Below are positions 1 to 9,490 of a stretch of DNA of 64,000 nucleotides, one piece after another. Position numbers and translations under genes: made by a program. The stretch is from Bacteriovoracaceae bacterium (GTDB taxonomy: Bacteria; Bdellovibrionota; Bacteriovoracia; Bacteriovoracales; Bacteriovoracaceae): positions 32,001 through 96,000 of the forward strand of contig JBFGZE010000001.1 of assembly GCA_041586955.1 (NCBI GenBank), read 5' to 3'. The notes below the pieces were generated by a model. The model searched no databases and was not told the origin of the DNA. It was given only the letters and a program-made list of their open reading frames with translations. How positions within the stretch are numbered: the stretch's first letter is position 1; the number at the start of each line of letters is the position of its first letter.

Positions 1-573
1 GGTGAAAAAGCACGACTGCAATTGGCGATAAACCTCACCCAGGCCGGAGATATTTGGATTTTTGATGAGCCCACGAATGATTTAGATCTTACAACCTTGG
101 AAATTCTCGAGGACACCCTCTCCGAATTTGCAGGTACCATTATTTTAATTAGTCACGATCGTTCTTTTCTCAGCAATGTGACTAATAAAATATGGTTTTT
201 TAATGATGGTGGTATTGAACTTTTCAATGGAGGCTATGACCAAATTGAAGCTTATATTGAGGCCATCTCGTTAGAGAAAAGTCTGGCGCAGCAAGGCCCA
301 GAAGAAGATATTATTGAATCGACACCAAAGATCATTGATAACCCGACACCAAAAAAGTCGACCCCTCACACCAAAGCTCGGCTGCAAAAAATTGAAAGCA
401 CCATCATCAAAAATGAAGCAACTATTGAACAAATTGATCAATTATTATTGCAAATGTCTCAAAGTAATATTGACCAAGAGACGGGCCTTAAAATGGGTCA
501 ATTGAGCGACAAAAAAAGTGTTTTGGAAGAGGAATTACTTTTTCTCTACGAAGAAATGGAAGAGTTAACATAA
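1..573 (+). CDS. ABC-F family ATPase (Uup-like), C-terminal part; gene starts before the window
   Basis: Frame is open from position 1 (GEKARL). Walker B/D-loop DEPTNDLD, switch SHDR, C-terminal coiled coil. Confidence 0.85.
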   Translation, partial: GEKARLQLAINLTQAGDIWIFDEPTNDLDLTTLEILEDTLSEFAGTIILISHDRSFLSNVTNKIWFFNDGGIELFNGGYDQIEAYIEAISLEKSLAQQGPEEDIIESTPKIIDNPTPKKSTPHTKARLQKIESTIIKNEATIEQIDQLLLQMSQSNIDQETGLKMGQLSDKKSVLEEELLFLYEEMEELT

Positions 574-647
574 CCTAACTCAGTCCTTTTTTGGTCAAAC
601 TGCACCTTGCGTAGTATCACCCCCCTTCTAGAATAAACCCCGTTAAT

Positions 648-663
648 TGGCATTCACTTTGCT
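648..663 (+). promoter_or_regulatory. sigma54 (-24/-12) promoter
   Basis: TGGCATTCACTTTGCT = GG-N10-GC, about 37 nt before ATG 701; SD AAGGAGG follows. Confidence 0.7.
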
Positions 664-700
664 ACTTCCTTTTAAGTTTTAAAACAACAAGGAGGGTAAG

Positions 701-1519
701 ATGCTCATTAAAATTAAAGCGCTATTACTAATATCAGTCATGATTTTCTCCGTTGAAATTTCACAGGCGGCGTCAGCAAGATCGTCTGCTATTACTCTCT
801 GGGATGGCAATTGCTCTGGAGGGACCCGGTCATGGTGGGATGACATGTGTATGAAGTGGAGAAAAAGAATGGGCTCCAACGGTTGGTCTCAATGGTGGCG
901 AAATTATAGTTTAGTCAAAGTTGATCGTTTCACAGATTCAACTGTCGCTGCTTATGGTAATGACCATACAAATATTGATGGTGGTGATGCCGCCTTACTT
1001 TGTACCCATGGAGGCTGGGATGATGACGGCTGGTGGGGACTTATGCATACCAGACAATTTGGCTGGTGTGGTATCAAGCAAAAAAATATGCGCTTGGGCA
1101 AAACTAATGGCAAGCTACGCTTTTGGCATATGTCTTCCTGTAATTCTGTCCGCTGGAGCAAACGCCTCAAATGGTTTACAGCGGCAGGACACAAGGTTCA
1201 TGTGGTGACAGGCTTTCATGGTTGGATGTATATCGGCAGCAAGTACGTCAATGAATATCGGGAATTGGCCAAACATGCCTTTAGTTCAAAAGGTGTTGGC
1301 CGCGTATGGATGGATAAAATGCATCACGTAGACCATTGGTATAATGGATGGAAAACCATTTGTCCCATCTCTCTTGGTTTTGGAAGCACCTCCGCCCAAG
1401 CGGCCAATGCTCATAACGAAAAGTATAAATGGAAATACTCGGACAAGACCAATAATTGGATGAATTGGCGCTACTATAGAAGATGCGACCCCAATGGTGG
1501 ACCTAGGCTTCCTAATTAA
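701..1519 (+). CDS. Secreted Trp/Cys-rich protein, DUF6345-like, putative clan CD cysteine peptidase fold
   Basis: Signal peptide; THGG and HMSSC motifs followed by H-V-V-T-G-F-H-G. Family assignment is from motif recall only. Confidence 0.55.
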   Translation: MLIKIKALLLISVMIFSVEISQAASARSSAITLWDGNCSGGTRSWWDDMCMKWRKRMGSNGWSQWWRNYSLVKVDRFTDSTVAAYGNDHTNIDGGDAALLCTHGGWDDDGWWGLMHTRQFGWCGIKQKNMRLGKTNGKLRFWHMSSCNSVRWSKRLKWFTAAGHKVHVVTGFHGWMYIGSKYVNEYRELAKHAFSSKGVGRVWMDKMHHVDHWYNGWKTICPISLGFGSTSAQAANAHNEKYKWKYSDKTNNWMNWRYYRRCDPNGGPRLPN

Positions 1520-1557
1520 AGACGATTGAATCAACGCAATAAATAAAGGAGATAATT

Positions 1558-2685
1558 ATGATACCTTTCAAAATGATCATGATCTTATCAACAAGTCTTA
1601 TATTAGGACCGATTGCGGCACAAAATATTGATAATGATGACAAAGATATTAAAAGACGTGTTCGCCCCATTCCAGTACGCCCCACTCCCATTCGCCCCAT
1701 TCCAGTGCGACCTATTCCCATTCGACCAATTCCGAGTAATGCCTTTAAAAAATCATTAGGGACTCCGCGGAATATGATGGACACATTCAGCACAAACCTC
1801 AATAGCGCCGTCAAAAAAAGTTTCCCCACCTATAAAGAAGGCCAATTAACTCAGGTTTTGAGTAATATCAAAAAACAATTTCCACAGGGTGTTCCAGGCC
1901 ATTCCGTTAAAAACTATTCTCTTCTTCAACGTCTCTTTGACTTTCCCAAAACATCTATTCGTTCACGAAATTCATTGGTTCTAGGACCTCAAACTGAAGA
2001 CCGTCAAGGCCATCGTTTTACATATGGCATAGATATTGTTGAGGATAAACTTTTTGTTCACCATAATTTAGAGGATAAAAAACCCCTGCCTTATAAAACG
2101 GCCCTTAAAAAATTACGTCTGGTTAAAAGAGAGCATCAGAGTCTGATTAAAAAGATGGGAATTCAAAACAACCAAATGCTCTTTTCAAATACGGATCTCA
2201 TTTTAATCCAGGGCCAAACTGATCCCAAGTTAGGAACTGTCAAAAAATCAACTCTAATGGCAGATAGTATCTTTACCTATGGCCTACGACATGTGAATGG
2301 TATTATGGTTGAAGAGAATTATATCAAATTATATTCAAAAGATAGTCAATCGTTTGAGGGTGCCGATATCAAATGGCCGACTATTAAATTTCATCCCTCT
2401 ATTAGAGAGTTCAAGTTAAAGAATAAAAGAATACTTATGCGTCTCATTACTCAAAAATTAAAAAGGGAAATGAATGCCAAATCAGCTTCTAACGTAAAAA
2501 TGGCAGTGGTTCTTCGTCCAGTAAAATTACATCAATCAAGGCCTGCTTTTTATATTCCCTCAATAAAAGTTGGTGCCTATTCAAAAAATGGCGAAGCCGG
2601 GAATTTATTCTATGTCGACCTTCTCGCTCAAACCGTTAAATATATTAATGAAGATGCAAAAGATAGCTCTCAGGCCTCCCAATAA
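1558..2685 (+). CDS. Secreted basic hypothetical protein with N-terminal Pro/Arg repeats
   Basis: SD AAGGAG, signal peptide, 375-aa ORF, co-oriented 38 nt after the upstream gene. Confidence 0.8.
   Translation: MIPFKMIMILSTSLILGPIAAQNIDNDDKDIKRRVRPIPVRPTPIRPIPVRPIPIRPIPSNAFKKSLGTPRNMMDTFSTNLNSAVKKSFPTYKEGQLTQVLSNIKKQFPQGVPGHSVKNYSLLQRLFDFPKTSIRSRNSLVLGPQTEDRQGHRFTYGIDIVEDKLFVHHNLEDKKPLPYKTALKKLRLVKREHQSLIKKMGIQNNQMLFSNTDLILIQGQTDPKLGTVKKSTLMADSIFTYGLRHVNGIMVEENYIKLYSKDSQSFEGADIKWPTIKFHPSIREFKLKNKRILMRLITQKLKREMNAKSASNVKMAVVLRPVKLHQSRPAFYIPSIKVGAYSKNGEAGNLFYVDLLAQTVKYINEDAKDSSQASQ
1660..1734 (+). repeat. Five degenerate 15-bp coding tandem repeats, (V/I)RP(I/T)P
   Basis: VRPIP VRPTP IRPIP VRPIP IRPIP, with synonymous divergence between units. 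Confidence 0.9.
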
Positions 2686-2696
2686 AGTCTTCCTCC

Positions 2697-2723
2697 AGGC
2701 CCGAGGACTTCCCCGGGCCTTTC
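2697..2723 (+). terminator. Probable intrinsic terminator
   Basis: AGGCCCG/CGGGCCT stem followed by a short T run, just after stop 2685. Confidence 0.55.
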
Positions 2724-2727
2724 CCCC

Positions 2728-2754
2728 TTAACTTTCTCTTATTAATTCCGATAA
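2728..2754 (+). promoter_or_regulatory. Possible sigma28 (FliA) promoter
   Basis: TTAA-N15-TCCGATAA versus consensus TAAA-N15-GCCGATAA; ends 9 nt before ATG 2764. Confidence 0.45.
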
Positions 2755-2763
2755 GATAAGAGT

Positions 2764-3603
2764 ATGTGTCGCTTATTTGGTTTTCGCTCTATTATTCAAT
2801 CCCAGGTTCACTCAAGCCTCGTTAGTGCTGAGAATGCATTGGCGATTCAAAGTGGAGACCATCCTGATGGATGGGGAGTTGCTTATTATATTCACGGTTC
2901 ACCCCATGTCGTAAAATCTACCCAGGCCGCGATCTCTGATAATATCTTTAAACGACTATCTGGTGTGGTCAGTTCACAAACAGTATTGGCCCATATCCGC
3001 AACGCTACTTTGGGCCAAAAAAATATATTGAACACCCATCCCTTTCAATATGGTAGTTGGGTTTTTGCTCATAACGGTAATATTAAAAACTTTGATCAAT
3101 ATCGAGATGATATTACCAATGAAATCCCTCCCCACCTCCGGCGCTTTATTCTCGGAAAAACTGATAGTGAGCTGCTCTTTTATTTGGTGCTAAGTAATAT
3201 TAATAAAAGAACAGAACTAGATATCAAAAATTGCGACATCCATCACATTAAGGAAGCCATTCAAGAAAGTATTCAATTTCTTACACAATTAGTTGGTGAT
3301 TTCTCGAAAGTGGATAATGCCGGTAATACTGAGACCTATTTTACTTTTATTATTTCTAATGGTCACACTATGGCCGCTCATCATGGTGGCAAAAATCTAT
3401 TTTATAGTACCTATAAAAAGCGCTGTGATGAACGTGATACTTGTCCCTACTTTTCTCCCGTGTGTGAACAAAAGACTCAGAGTGGAATTATTAACCACTT
3501 ACTTTTTTCTTCCGAGCCTCTGTCTGGAGAAAATATATGGACGGCCATGAGGCCGGGGCAAATTATTGGAATTGATAGTAATATGCACCTTTACCTATTT
3601 TGA
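2764..3603 (+). CDS. Class II glutamine amidotransferase (YafJ/EgtC-like Ntn hydrolase)
   Basis: N-terminal MCRLFG, HPDGWG, AHIRNAT, NTHPF, HNG, TDSE. Confidence 0.9.
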   Translation: MCRLFGFRSIIQSQVHSSLVSAENALAIQSGDHPDGWGVAYYIHGSPHVVKSTQAAISDNIFKRLSGVVSSQTVLAHIRNATLGQKNILNTHPFQYGSWVFAHNGNIKNFDQYRDDITNEIPPHLRRFILGKTDSELLFYLVLSNINKRTELDIKNCDIHHIKEAIQESIQFLTQLVGDFSKVDNAGNTETYFTFIISNGHTMAAHHGGKNLFYSTYKKRCDERDTCPYFSPVCEQKTQSGIINHLLFSSEPLSGENIWTAMRPGQIIGIDSNMHLYLF

Positions 3604-3607
3604 AGCG

Positions 3608-3630
3608 GAGGGTTTTACCCTCTTATTTTC
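3608..3630 (+). terminator. Possible intrinsic terminator
   Basis: GAGGG/CCCTC stem followed by TTATTTT. Confidence 0.4.
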
Positions 3631-3690
3631 TGTCACTAAAAAAGATAAAATGAAAATAGGGATTATAATGCCCGCTTAATGAGGTTCTCA

Positions 3691-4128
3691 ATGAATTTAA
3701 TAATTAAAGCTATTCTTCTTTCTTCCCTTTTAATGGCGTTTACCCTTAAGGGCCACGCCAGAAGCCCAGCAGTAGAACCAGTTCTAGAATTATCTGATAA
3801 AACCCAAAGACCAACTCGGCCTGAAAACCATAACCGCGGCTATACTTTTAGCAACCCTGGTCGCATACCGACAAGTTTCGAGGCCCCTGGAGCAACAGGT
3901 ACTCGTTGGCCAGAACTCATTACACTTTTTCTTTTAGGGTCATTACCTATTCTTCTGCGTTTTACCTTATTACAAAATTATCGAACAGCTCATGCCCAAG
4001 GTGATTTTAATACTCAATTAAAAACGACGCTTGAAGAACATGATAATGTTATTTCTTTAGAAAAGCATAAGTCGAATAAAAATGAAGTTGGTTCAACATC
4101 AGATGATGACATTAAAAAGGCCGGTTAG
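3691..4128 (+). CDS. Hypothetical protein with signal peptide and one TM helix
   Basis: GAGG upstream of ATG 3691; hydrophobic N-terminus and a central hydrophobic segment. Confidence 0.7.
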   Translation: MNLIIKAILLSSLLMAFTLKGHARSPAVEPVLELSDKTQRPTRPENHNRGYTFSNPGRIPTSFEAPGATGTRWPELITLFLLGSLPILLRFTLLQNYRTAHAQGDFNTQLKTTLEEHDNVISLEKHKSNKNEVGSTSDDDIKKAG

Positions 4129-4776
4129 TTAAAAAGTACTTTTCTTGCTGCCGACCCAGCCCTTTTCCTTTGAAAAATAATAAACACGTGTAATTTTTGA
4201 AAAGCGCACGGCAATCTCACGGGTTCCATCTCTATTAAAATCCACAAGACTTATCTCTTGTTTTCGTTGATGGTAATTTTTTTTAAAGTCTAAATGCTCA
4301 TCCCAGATATAAGGACCTTTGTAGAGAGGATAAAACTTGAAGGTTTTTGGACTATAGGTAAGTAGATACAGACGAGCTGTTCCTTGAAACTCAAGGTACT
4401 TACTCGTTCCTTCATAATAATAAATGAGAAGAGTGTTGAGGTCTTTTGAGGTCTTTCTCATTTGTACTTTGAAAATACGAGATAGGGGACCTAGGGGGAA
4501 TAACTCCTCCTCTAAAATCAACTTTTTCTTATGATCCCTAATCGTAATGAGGTCCTTACCATCGATCTTAGAAACGAACAAAGATTCTCTAACGCCATCA
4601 TTATTAAGGTCTAATTGATAATTGGGTGAACGGTGCTTGAACTTCGCCTCTTTCTTAAACTTCGCCGATTTGGGTGTTTCCTTATGACGCCCCTTGGAAA
4701 GCATAAGACGGAAGGTTCTCTCATCTTGAGAAAATCCTAGGGAAATAAAGAAAATTACATACTTAATATAAATCAT
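4129..4776 (-). CDS. Exported hypothetical protein with two DxNxDG Ca-binding-like motifs
   Basis: DLNNDGVRE and DFNRDGTRE; hydrophobic N-terminus. Start uncertain. Confidence 0.7.
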   Translation of the reverse strand: MIYIKYVIFFISLGFSQDERTFRLMLSKGRHKETPKSAKFKKEAKFKHRSPNYQLDLNNDGVRESLFVSKIDGKDLITIRDHKKKLILEEELFPLGPLSRIFKVQMRKTSKDLNTLLIYYYEGTSKYLEFQGTARLYLLTYSPKTFKFYPLYKGPYIWDEHLDFKKNYHQRKQEISLVDFNRDGTREIAVRFSKITRVYYFSKEKGWVGSKKSTF

Positions 4777-4890
4777 TAATCCTATTATAGGCCTTAGAAG
4801 CGTTAAACCCAATCAATTACTCACTGCATAACACAAATCGGGGCAAAGAATGGACGGCCCAAGTGAGACGCGATAGAATTTCCCCACAAA

Positions 4891-5667
4891 ATGCAGATAA
4901 GGAACGTTTTTATGCAATTTTCATTGGCCTATGTGAAGTCTAACCAACAATTCATCCTTCAAACCTTCTCTCAAAATGTGGAAAATAACTCCATCAAAAT
5001 CATGGATTTAGAATTTCTCAAAAAAGAAAGTATTCAGGGAATCATCGTTCCCAACGAATTATTACAAGATGATACTCTTTTTACGACCCTCACAGAAGAA
5101 TGTAAATTTGCTCCCATTAAGGCCTCTGAAGAAATTGGTCTCAATAGTGATTCATTTGAGGGCCTTAATTACGAAACAGCGAAATCCACTTATGAGGGTC
5201 TTGTTAATAACTGGACCCTCCAAAACAATATCAATCTTTTAGATGAACTCTTCCCTGTCCTGACTCATTTAAAAGGTCTTTTCCCTAATGATCGCACCGC
5301 CTTTTTTGAAGAATTGTGGTTTCTTCTTAAAACCAATTTAGGCGCCCATAATTTAAAAATGATTTATAATCATATGAAGAAAGGGAAAAAAGACGGGGAA
5401 AAGAATCAATTAATCCAAGTTAAAATTGATGGTAACCGCCACCCAGAACCTCAACCAGGTGACGAATTCTCCAGTCAATTAATGAGCGTTTATAAAAACT
5501 CCTTTGAAAATATTTTTGAAGTGGCCGACTTTGATCCCCATAAAGGTGAGCTGGTTCTAACGGCGACAATCAATAAAAGCCCCGTTATTATAATGGCGAA
5601 TGTCACCCAATTTTCACGCCTCCAAAAAAGTTTAATCAAGGCAATTTTTACAGGTCTTCAGTCTTAA
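4891..5667 (+). CDS. Hypothetical cytoplasmic protein
   Basis: 258-aa ORF with no recognised motif; true start may be 4912. Confidence 0.75.
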   Translation: MQIRNVFMQFSLAYVKSNQQFILQTFSQNVENNSIKIMDLEFLKKESIQGIIVPNELLQDDTLFTTLTEECKFAPIKASEEIGLNSDSFEGLNYETAKSTYEGLVNNWTLQNNINLLDELFPVLTHLKGLFPNDRTAFFEELWFLLKTNLGAHNLKMIYNHMKKGKKDGEKNQLIQVKIDGNRHPEPQPGDEFSSQLMSVYKNSFENIFEVADFDPHKGELVLTATINKSPVIIMANVTQFSRLQKSLIKAIFTGLQS

Positions 5668-6893
5668 TAATAGGCTTCAAAGTCAAATGTATACCTCGTC
5701 TCTTTAATCATACGAGGTTTCAATTGCCTTTGAAGCTCCTTATCCTCAAGATACACGAGATGTGGAAGATTATCTGAATTCTCCCTCATCCCAAGAGGCA
5801 ATAAATTAATAAAGTCCGGCCTTATTCCAATAATAATTGAATCTCCTAGTATCGCCTCTTCCAATTTTAATTTCCCCACAAGAACCTTTCCCTCTTGCTT
5901 AAAAGCAATTGAAATAGAGGGGATTTCCATAATGCCTATCTTTTCTCCTCTTACTTGAATAAATATTTGATCTAATATTAGCTCATTTATAATAAGTCGC
6001 TTCTTCTCTTCTCGCACGAGAGTCGAAACCCATTCATCCACTCGCTTTTTGCCCCATTGAATATCAATTCCGCCACGAGAGACTCGTCGTCTTATAAGAT
6101 ATTTAAAATCTATTTCTTGAACTTCAGTTTTTATAATATTTTTATATTCAAATAATTTGAGAGAAAACTCAATCACAGAACCCTTATTTAATTTAAAACT
6201 TATTTCAGGAACCTCTTTTAATTGAATGCTGGTCGTAGACTGTAAAAAAAAGAGTAATTTATCTTCTAGTATTATATTATTTTCATTGCTAATAAAATCC
6301 CTTTGCGCAATGTCCCTTCCCTTTTTATCGAGGCCATAAATCATTTCATCCGCAGGAAAATTTAAGGATCTTTCCTTTCGCTGACAAATAATATTGAGAT
6401 CACCTTCCTTAAGCTTTAATAATTCGATCTTGTTAAAAGAAAATATTAATTTATTTCGAAGCGGTGTCATTTTTTTAAGGAGAGCACCTTTAATATTCTC
6501 TTCAACTCTCTCCAAAACCTGACAAGATTCCAATGACCGATCTGTTTCTATAATAAACTCAAGACTCTCACCTTCTTTTAACTTCTGGTATAAATATTGA
6601 TACTCTTGTTTTTTAAAAAACTGAGAATATGACCAGGTTAAAAAGTATTCGCTAAGATTTTGTGACTTTATAGACTCAGAACCTTGAAGAACTTCAAGAG
6701 GCAAAAAAAGAAGACGTAAATCTTCAATCGCTCGAGCACTGTGCCCATTTTTGACCGTGAACCTCTGTTGAGAAACTTTGGGGTAATAAGTTAGAGATAA
6801 TGGTGAAACCTGATACGATAAATTGTTTTTTTTTTCTTTTGCACAACTACTTAAAAGAATAACACTTAATAAAATAATTAACCGTAATGGCAT
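5664..6893 (-). CDS. Hypothetical lipoprotein
   Basis: Lipobox LLSSC; SD GAGGAGG. Confidence 0.75.
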   Translation of the reverse strand: MPLRLIILLSVILLSSCAKEKKNNLSYQVSPLSLTYYPKVSQQRFTVKNGHSARAIEDLRLLFLPLEVLQGSESIKSQNLSEYFLTWSYSQFFKKQEYQYLYQKLKEGESLEFIIETDRSLESCQVLERVEENIKGALLKKMTPLRNKLIFSFNKIELLKLKEGDLNIICQRKERSLNFPADEMIYGLDKKGRDIAQRDFISNENNIILEDKLLFFLQSTTSIQLKEVPEISFKLNKGSVIEFSLKLFEYKNIIKTEVQEIDFKYLIRRRVSRGGIDIQWGKKRVDEWVSTLVREEKKRLIINELILDQIFIQVRGEKIGIMEIPSISIAFKQEGKVLVGKLKLEEAILGDSIIIGIRPDFINLLPLGMRENSDNLPHLVYLEDKELQRQLKPRMIKETRYTFDFEAYY

Positions 6894-6976
6894 AATCGCC
6901 TCCTCTATGACGAGAAGGCTAAATCAAAAATAGATTTTATTCATTAAGAATCATAAAATGAAGAGAGTTATTTCAT

Positions 6977-8599
6977 TTATGAATCGCGGCCACCAAAGCG
7001 CCCCAATTGCTCACCACCAAGTAAGTGAAAATGGGTATGGAACACGCTTTGACCCGCCCGTGGCCCCATATTTGTAACCACGCGAAAGCCCTTTTCTTCA
7101 AGTTCAGTCCCTGAGGTAAATTCGTTAATGGCCTTATAAATATGGATCACTTGATTGGGGTTTTTCTCTATCATATTATTAATGTCTGTCGAGTGACCTT
7201 TATGAACAAAGAGATAATGTTCTTTGGCCATGGGGGAAATGTCTTTAAATCCCAAGACAAGGTCATTTTCAAAAACTTTCTCGGAGGCAATTTTTTCTTC
7301 GATAATTTTACAAAAAAGGCAATCATCCGGTCGACCTTCTTCATCTACAGCAGAGGTATAGCGCTTAATTTTCACTCCCACCTGAGTGAATTTATTTTCA
7401 AGATCTTCATAACCTCGATCAAGATGATAAACTCGACGGATCTCCGTTTCACCTTCACAATAAAGGGCAGCGAGAATAAGAGCTGCCGAAGCACGTAGGT
7501 CAGTACACATAATAGGAGCAGGAACTAATTTCTTTCCACCATTAATAATCGCAGATTTGCCTTTCAAAGAAATATCAGCACCTAACCGCTCAAGTTCAGG
7601 GACGTGCATAAAGCGATTTTCGAATATGTTTTCAGTGATAATGGAAGGGCCTTTAATGGTGAGCATTAAGGCCATCATCTGAGCCTGAAGATCCGTAGGA
7701 AATCCAGGATAGGGAGCAGTATCAATATTTAAAGGTTTAAGGGTAGAAGGATAAACCTTAATACCTTCCTTAAAGACATCTATTTTAGCACCAGCTTCTC
7801 TCAATTTATCAATTACAAAATCAATATGATGGGGAACAAAACCAGTGATAGACAATTCAGACTGAGTCATTAACCCTGCCATTAAATAGGTCCCAGCTTC
7901 AATACGGTCACCGATCGCCTCATAAGTAATTTCTTTAACTTCTTTAATTCCCTGAATTTTTAGAGTTTTAGTCCCCACTCCCTCAATAGGAGCACCAAGG
8001 GCCATCAAAAAATGTGCCAGATCAGTGACCTCTGGCTCAAGGGCGGCATTATCAATAATGGTCTCCCCCTCTGCAAAGACAGCCGCCATCATTAGGTTTT
8101 CTGTTGCACCAACAGAAGGGAATGCCAGAACCACATTCGCACCTTTTAAATTTTTAGCTTCACAACTAACGTAGCCACTTTTTAATTCATAGGCGACGCC
8201 TAATTTTTTCAAATTGGTCAAATGAAGGTCAATGGGGCGTGTGCCAATGGCACAACCACCGGGCAATGAAACTTTTGCTTTTTTAAAGCGGCTCAGTAAC
8301 GGGCCTAGAACAAAAATAGAGGCCCGCATGGTTTTAACGAGATCATAGGTGGCCTCAACTGAAGTCACATTGGCAGCATTAAAGGTCGTAATCTCACCCT
8401 TTTCCTCAACTTCAACACCTAAGTGCCCAAGCAACTTTTTCATCGTTTGAATATCGCGCAATTTAGGCAAATTCTTCAGGTGGACGGGTTTGTCTGATAA
8501 AAGAACGGCCGCCAATATGGGTAAATAAGCATTTTTAGCTTTGGAAATTTTAATTTCTCCTGCCAAATGAGCAGGGCCATTAACAATCAATTTATCCAT
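6977..8599 (-). CDS. murA: UDP-N-acetylglucosamine 1-carboxyvinyltransferase fused to a C-terminal HIT (HINT-type) domain
   Basis: AKNA, MRAS, LPGGCAIGTRP, FPTDLQ, DLRA, HLDRGYE; then CLFCKI...GQSVFHTHFHLLGG in the same frame. Confidence 0.95.
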   Translation of the reverse strand: MDKLIVNGPAHLAGEIKISKAKNAYLPILAAVLLSDKPVHLKNLPKLRDIQTMKKLLGHLGVEVEEKGEITTFNAANVTSVEATYDLVKTMRASIFVLGPLLSRFKKAKVSLPGGCAIGTRPIDLHLTNLKKLGVAYELKSGYVSCEAKNLKGANVVLAFPSVGATENLMMAAVFAEGETIIDNAALEPEVTDLAHFLMALGAPIEGVGTKTLKIQGIKEVKEITYEAIGDRIEAGTYLMAGLMTQSELSITGFVPHHIDFVIDKLREAGAKIDVFKEGIKVYPSTLKPLNIDTAPYPGFPTDLQAQMMALMLTIKGPSIITENIFENRFMHVPELERLGADISLKGKSAIINGGKKLVPAPIMCTDLRASAALILAALYCEGETEIRRVYHLDRGYEDLENKFTQVGVKIKRYTSAVDEEGRPDDCLFCKIIEEKIASEKVFENDLVLGFKDISPMAKEHYLFVHKGHSTDINNMIEKNPNQVIHIYKAINEFTSGTELEEKGFRVVTNMGPRAGQSVFHTHFHLLGGEQLGRFGGRDS

Positions 8600-8601
8600 T
8601 T

Positions 8602-9489
8602 TTACTTCCTCAGTTCTAAGAATCGATGCCGATTCGTTAAGTCCGCGACAAGAGTTATACCAGAATATCCCACCTCTTTGGCAAGTTTCTGTAGAAACTC
8701 AAGATGGTGCTCATGCCCTTCTAAAATAAAATAACCATCTGATTTTAAAAGTTTTTTCCCTTCTTTGAAAAGCTTTAAAAACCATCTTTCATAGGCCTCA
8801 TCTGGCAAATAGAGGGCCATATGAGGTTCATAAGCTTCTACTTTATGGTGCACTAGGGATCGGTCCTGGCCTTCTTTAATATAAGGAGGGTTACTGATAA
8901 TGAGATCAAATTGCTGTTCCTGTTTAGCAAAATAGGAGAAGCGATCTGAGAGGTGAAATTCACACTCAGTCTCAGGGTGGATCCCAAAGGCCAGACGAAA
9001 ATAATTTAATTGTGCCACTTTGAGGGCATCTGGAGAAAGGTCGACGCCAATGGCCTTAACAGGAAAACTCAATTCTTTTAGAAGGCTTAATAGTACACAG
9101 CCACTGCCAGTCCCAATATCAGCAATTCTCAAAGAGTCATTGATCTTTCTTTTAGCAGTAATAATTTCTTGACCACGATGAACTAAATACTCTGTCTCAA
9201 AACGTGGTATAAGAACTCTCTCGTCTACGTAATAATGGGCATTATAGAAAAATGCTTGTTTTTGAATATATTGTAAGGGGCGCCCCTTCTTTAGGCATGA
9301 GATATAATAATCGTAATTCGCGCGGGTGTTGGCCGCACCGAGAATACTACTGTTGAGCAAGCGACTTTTGGTCATAAAAGAGGACCAATCCTCTTTAAGC
9401 CGAGACCATTTAATACCGGGGTAATATTCCTCTAGAAGGATTTGATGGTCCTTAAAAAATTGCTCCAATTCTTTAAGGAAGGGGGCCAA
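8602..9489 (-). CDS. prmC: Release factor glutamine methyltransferase
   Basis: VLIPRFETE, DIGTGSG, SNPPY; directly downstream of prfA. Confidence 0.92.
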   Translation of the reverse strand: MAPFLKELEQFFKDHQILLEEYYPGIKWSRLKEDWSSFMTKSRLLNSSILGAANTRANYDYYISCLKKGRPLQYIQKQAFFYNAHYYVDERVLIPRFETEYLVHRGQEIITAKRKINDSLRIADIGTGSGCVLLSLLKELSFPVKAIGVDLSPDALKVAQLNYFRLAFGIHPETECEFHLSDRFSYFAKQEQQFDLIISNPPYIKEGQDRSLVHHKVEAYEPHMALYLPDEAYERWFLKLFKEGKKLLKSDGYFILEGHEHHLEFLQKLAKEVGYSGITLVADLTNRHRFLELRK

Positions 9490-9490
9490 T

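Noticed and set aside
1660..1734. Short repeats as a possible CRISPR array
   Set aside because: Tandem 15-mers without spacers inside a CDS; no cas genes.
1512..1829. Antisense ORF with GRMG/GRTG repeats
   Set aside because: Mirror image of the Pro/Arg repeat in the plus-strand gene; no independent support.
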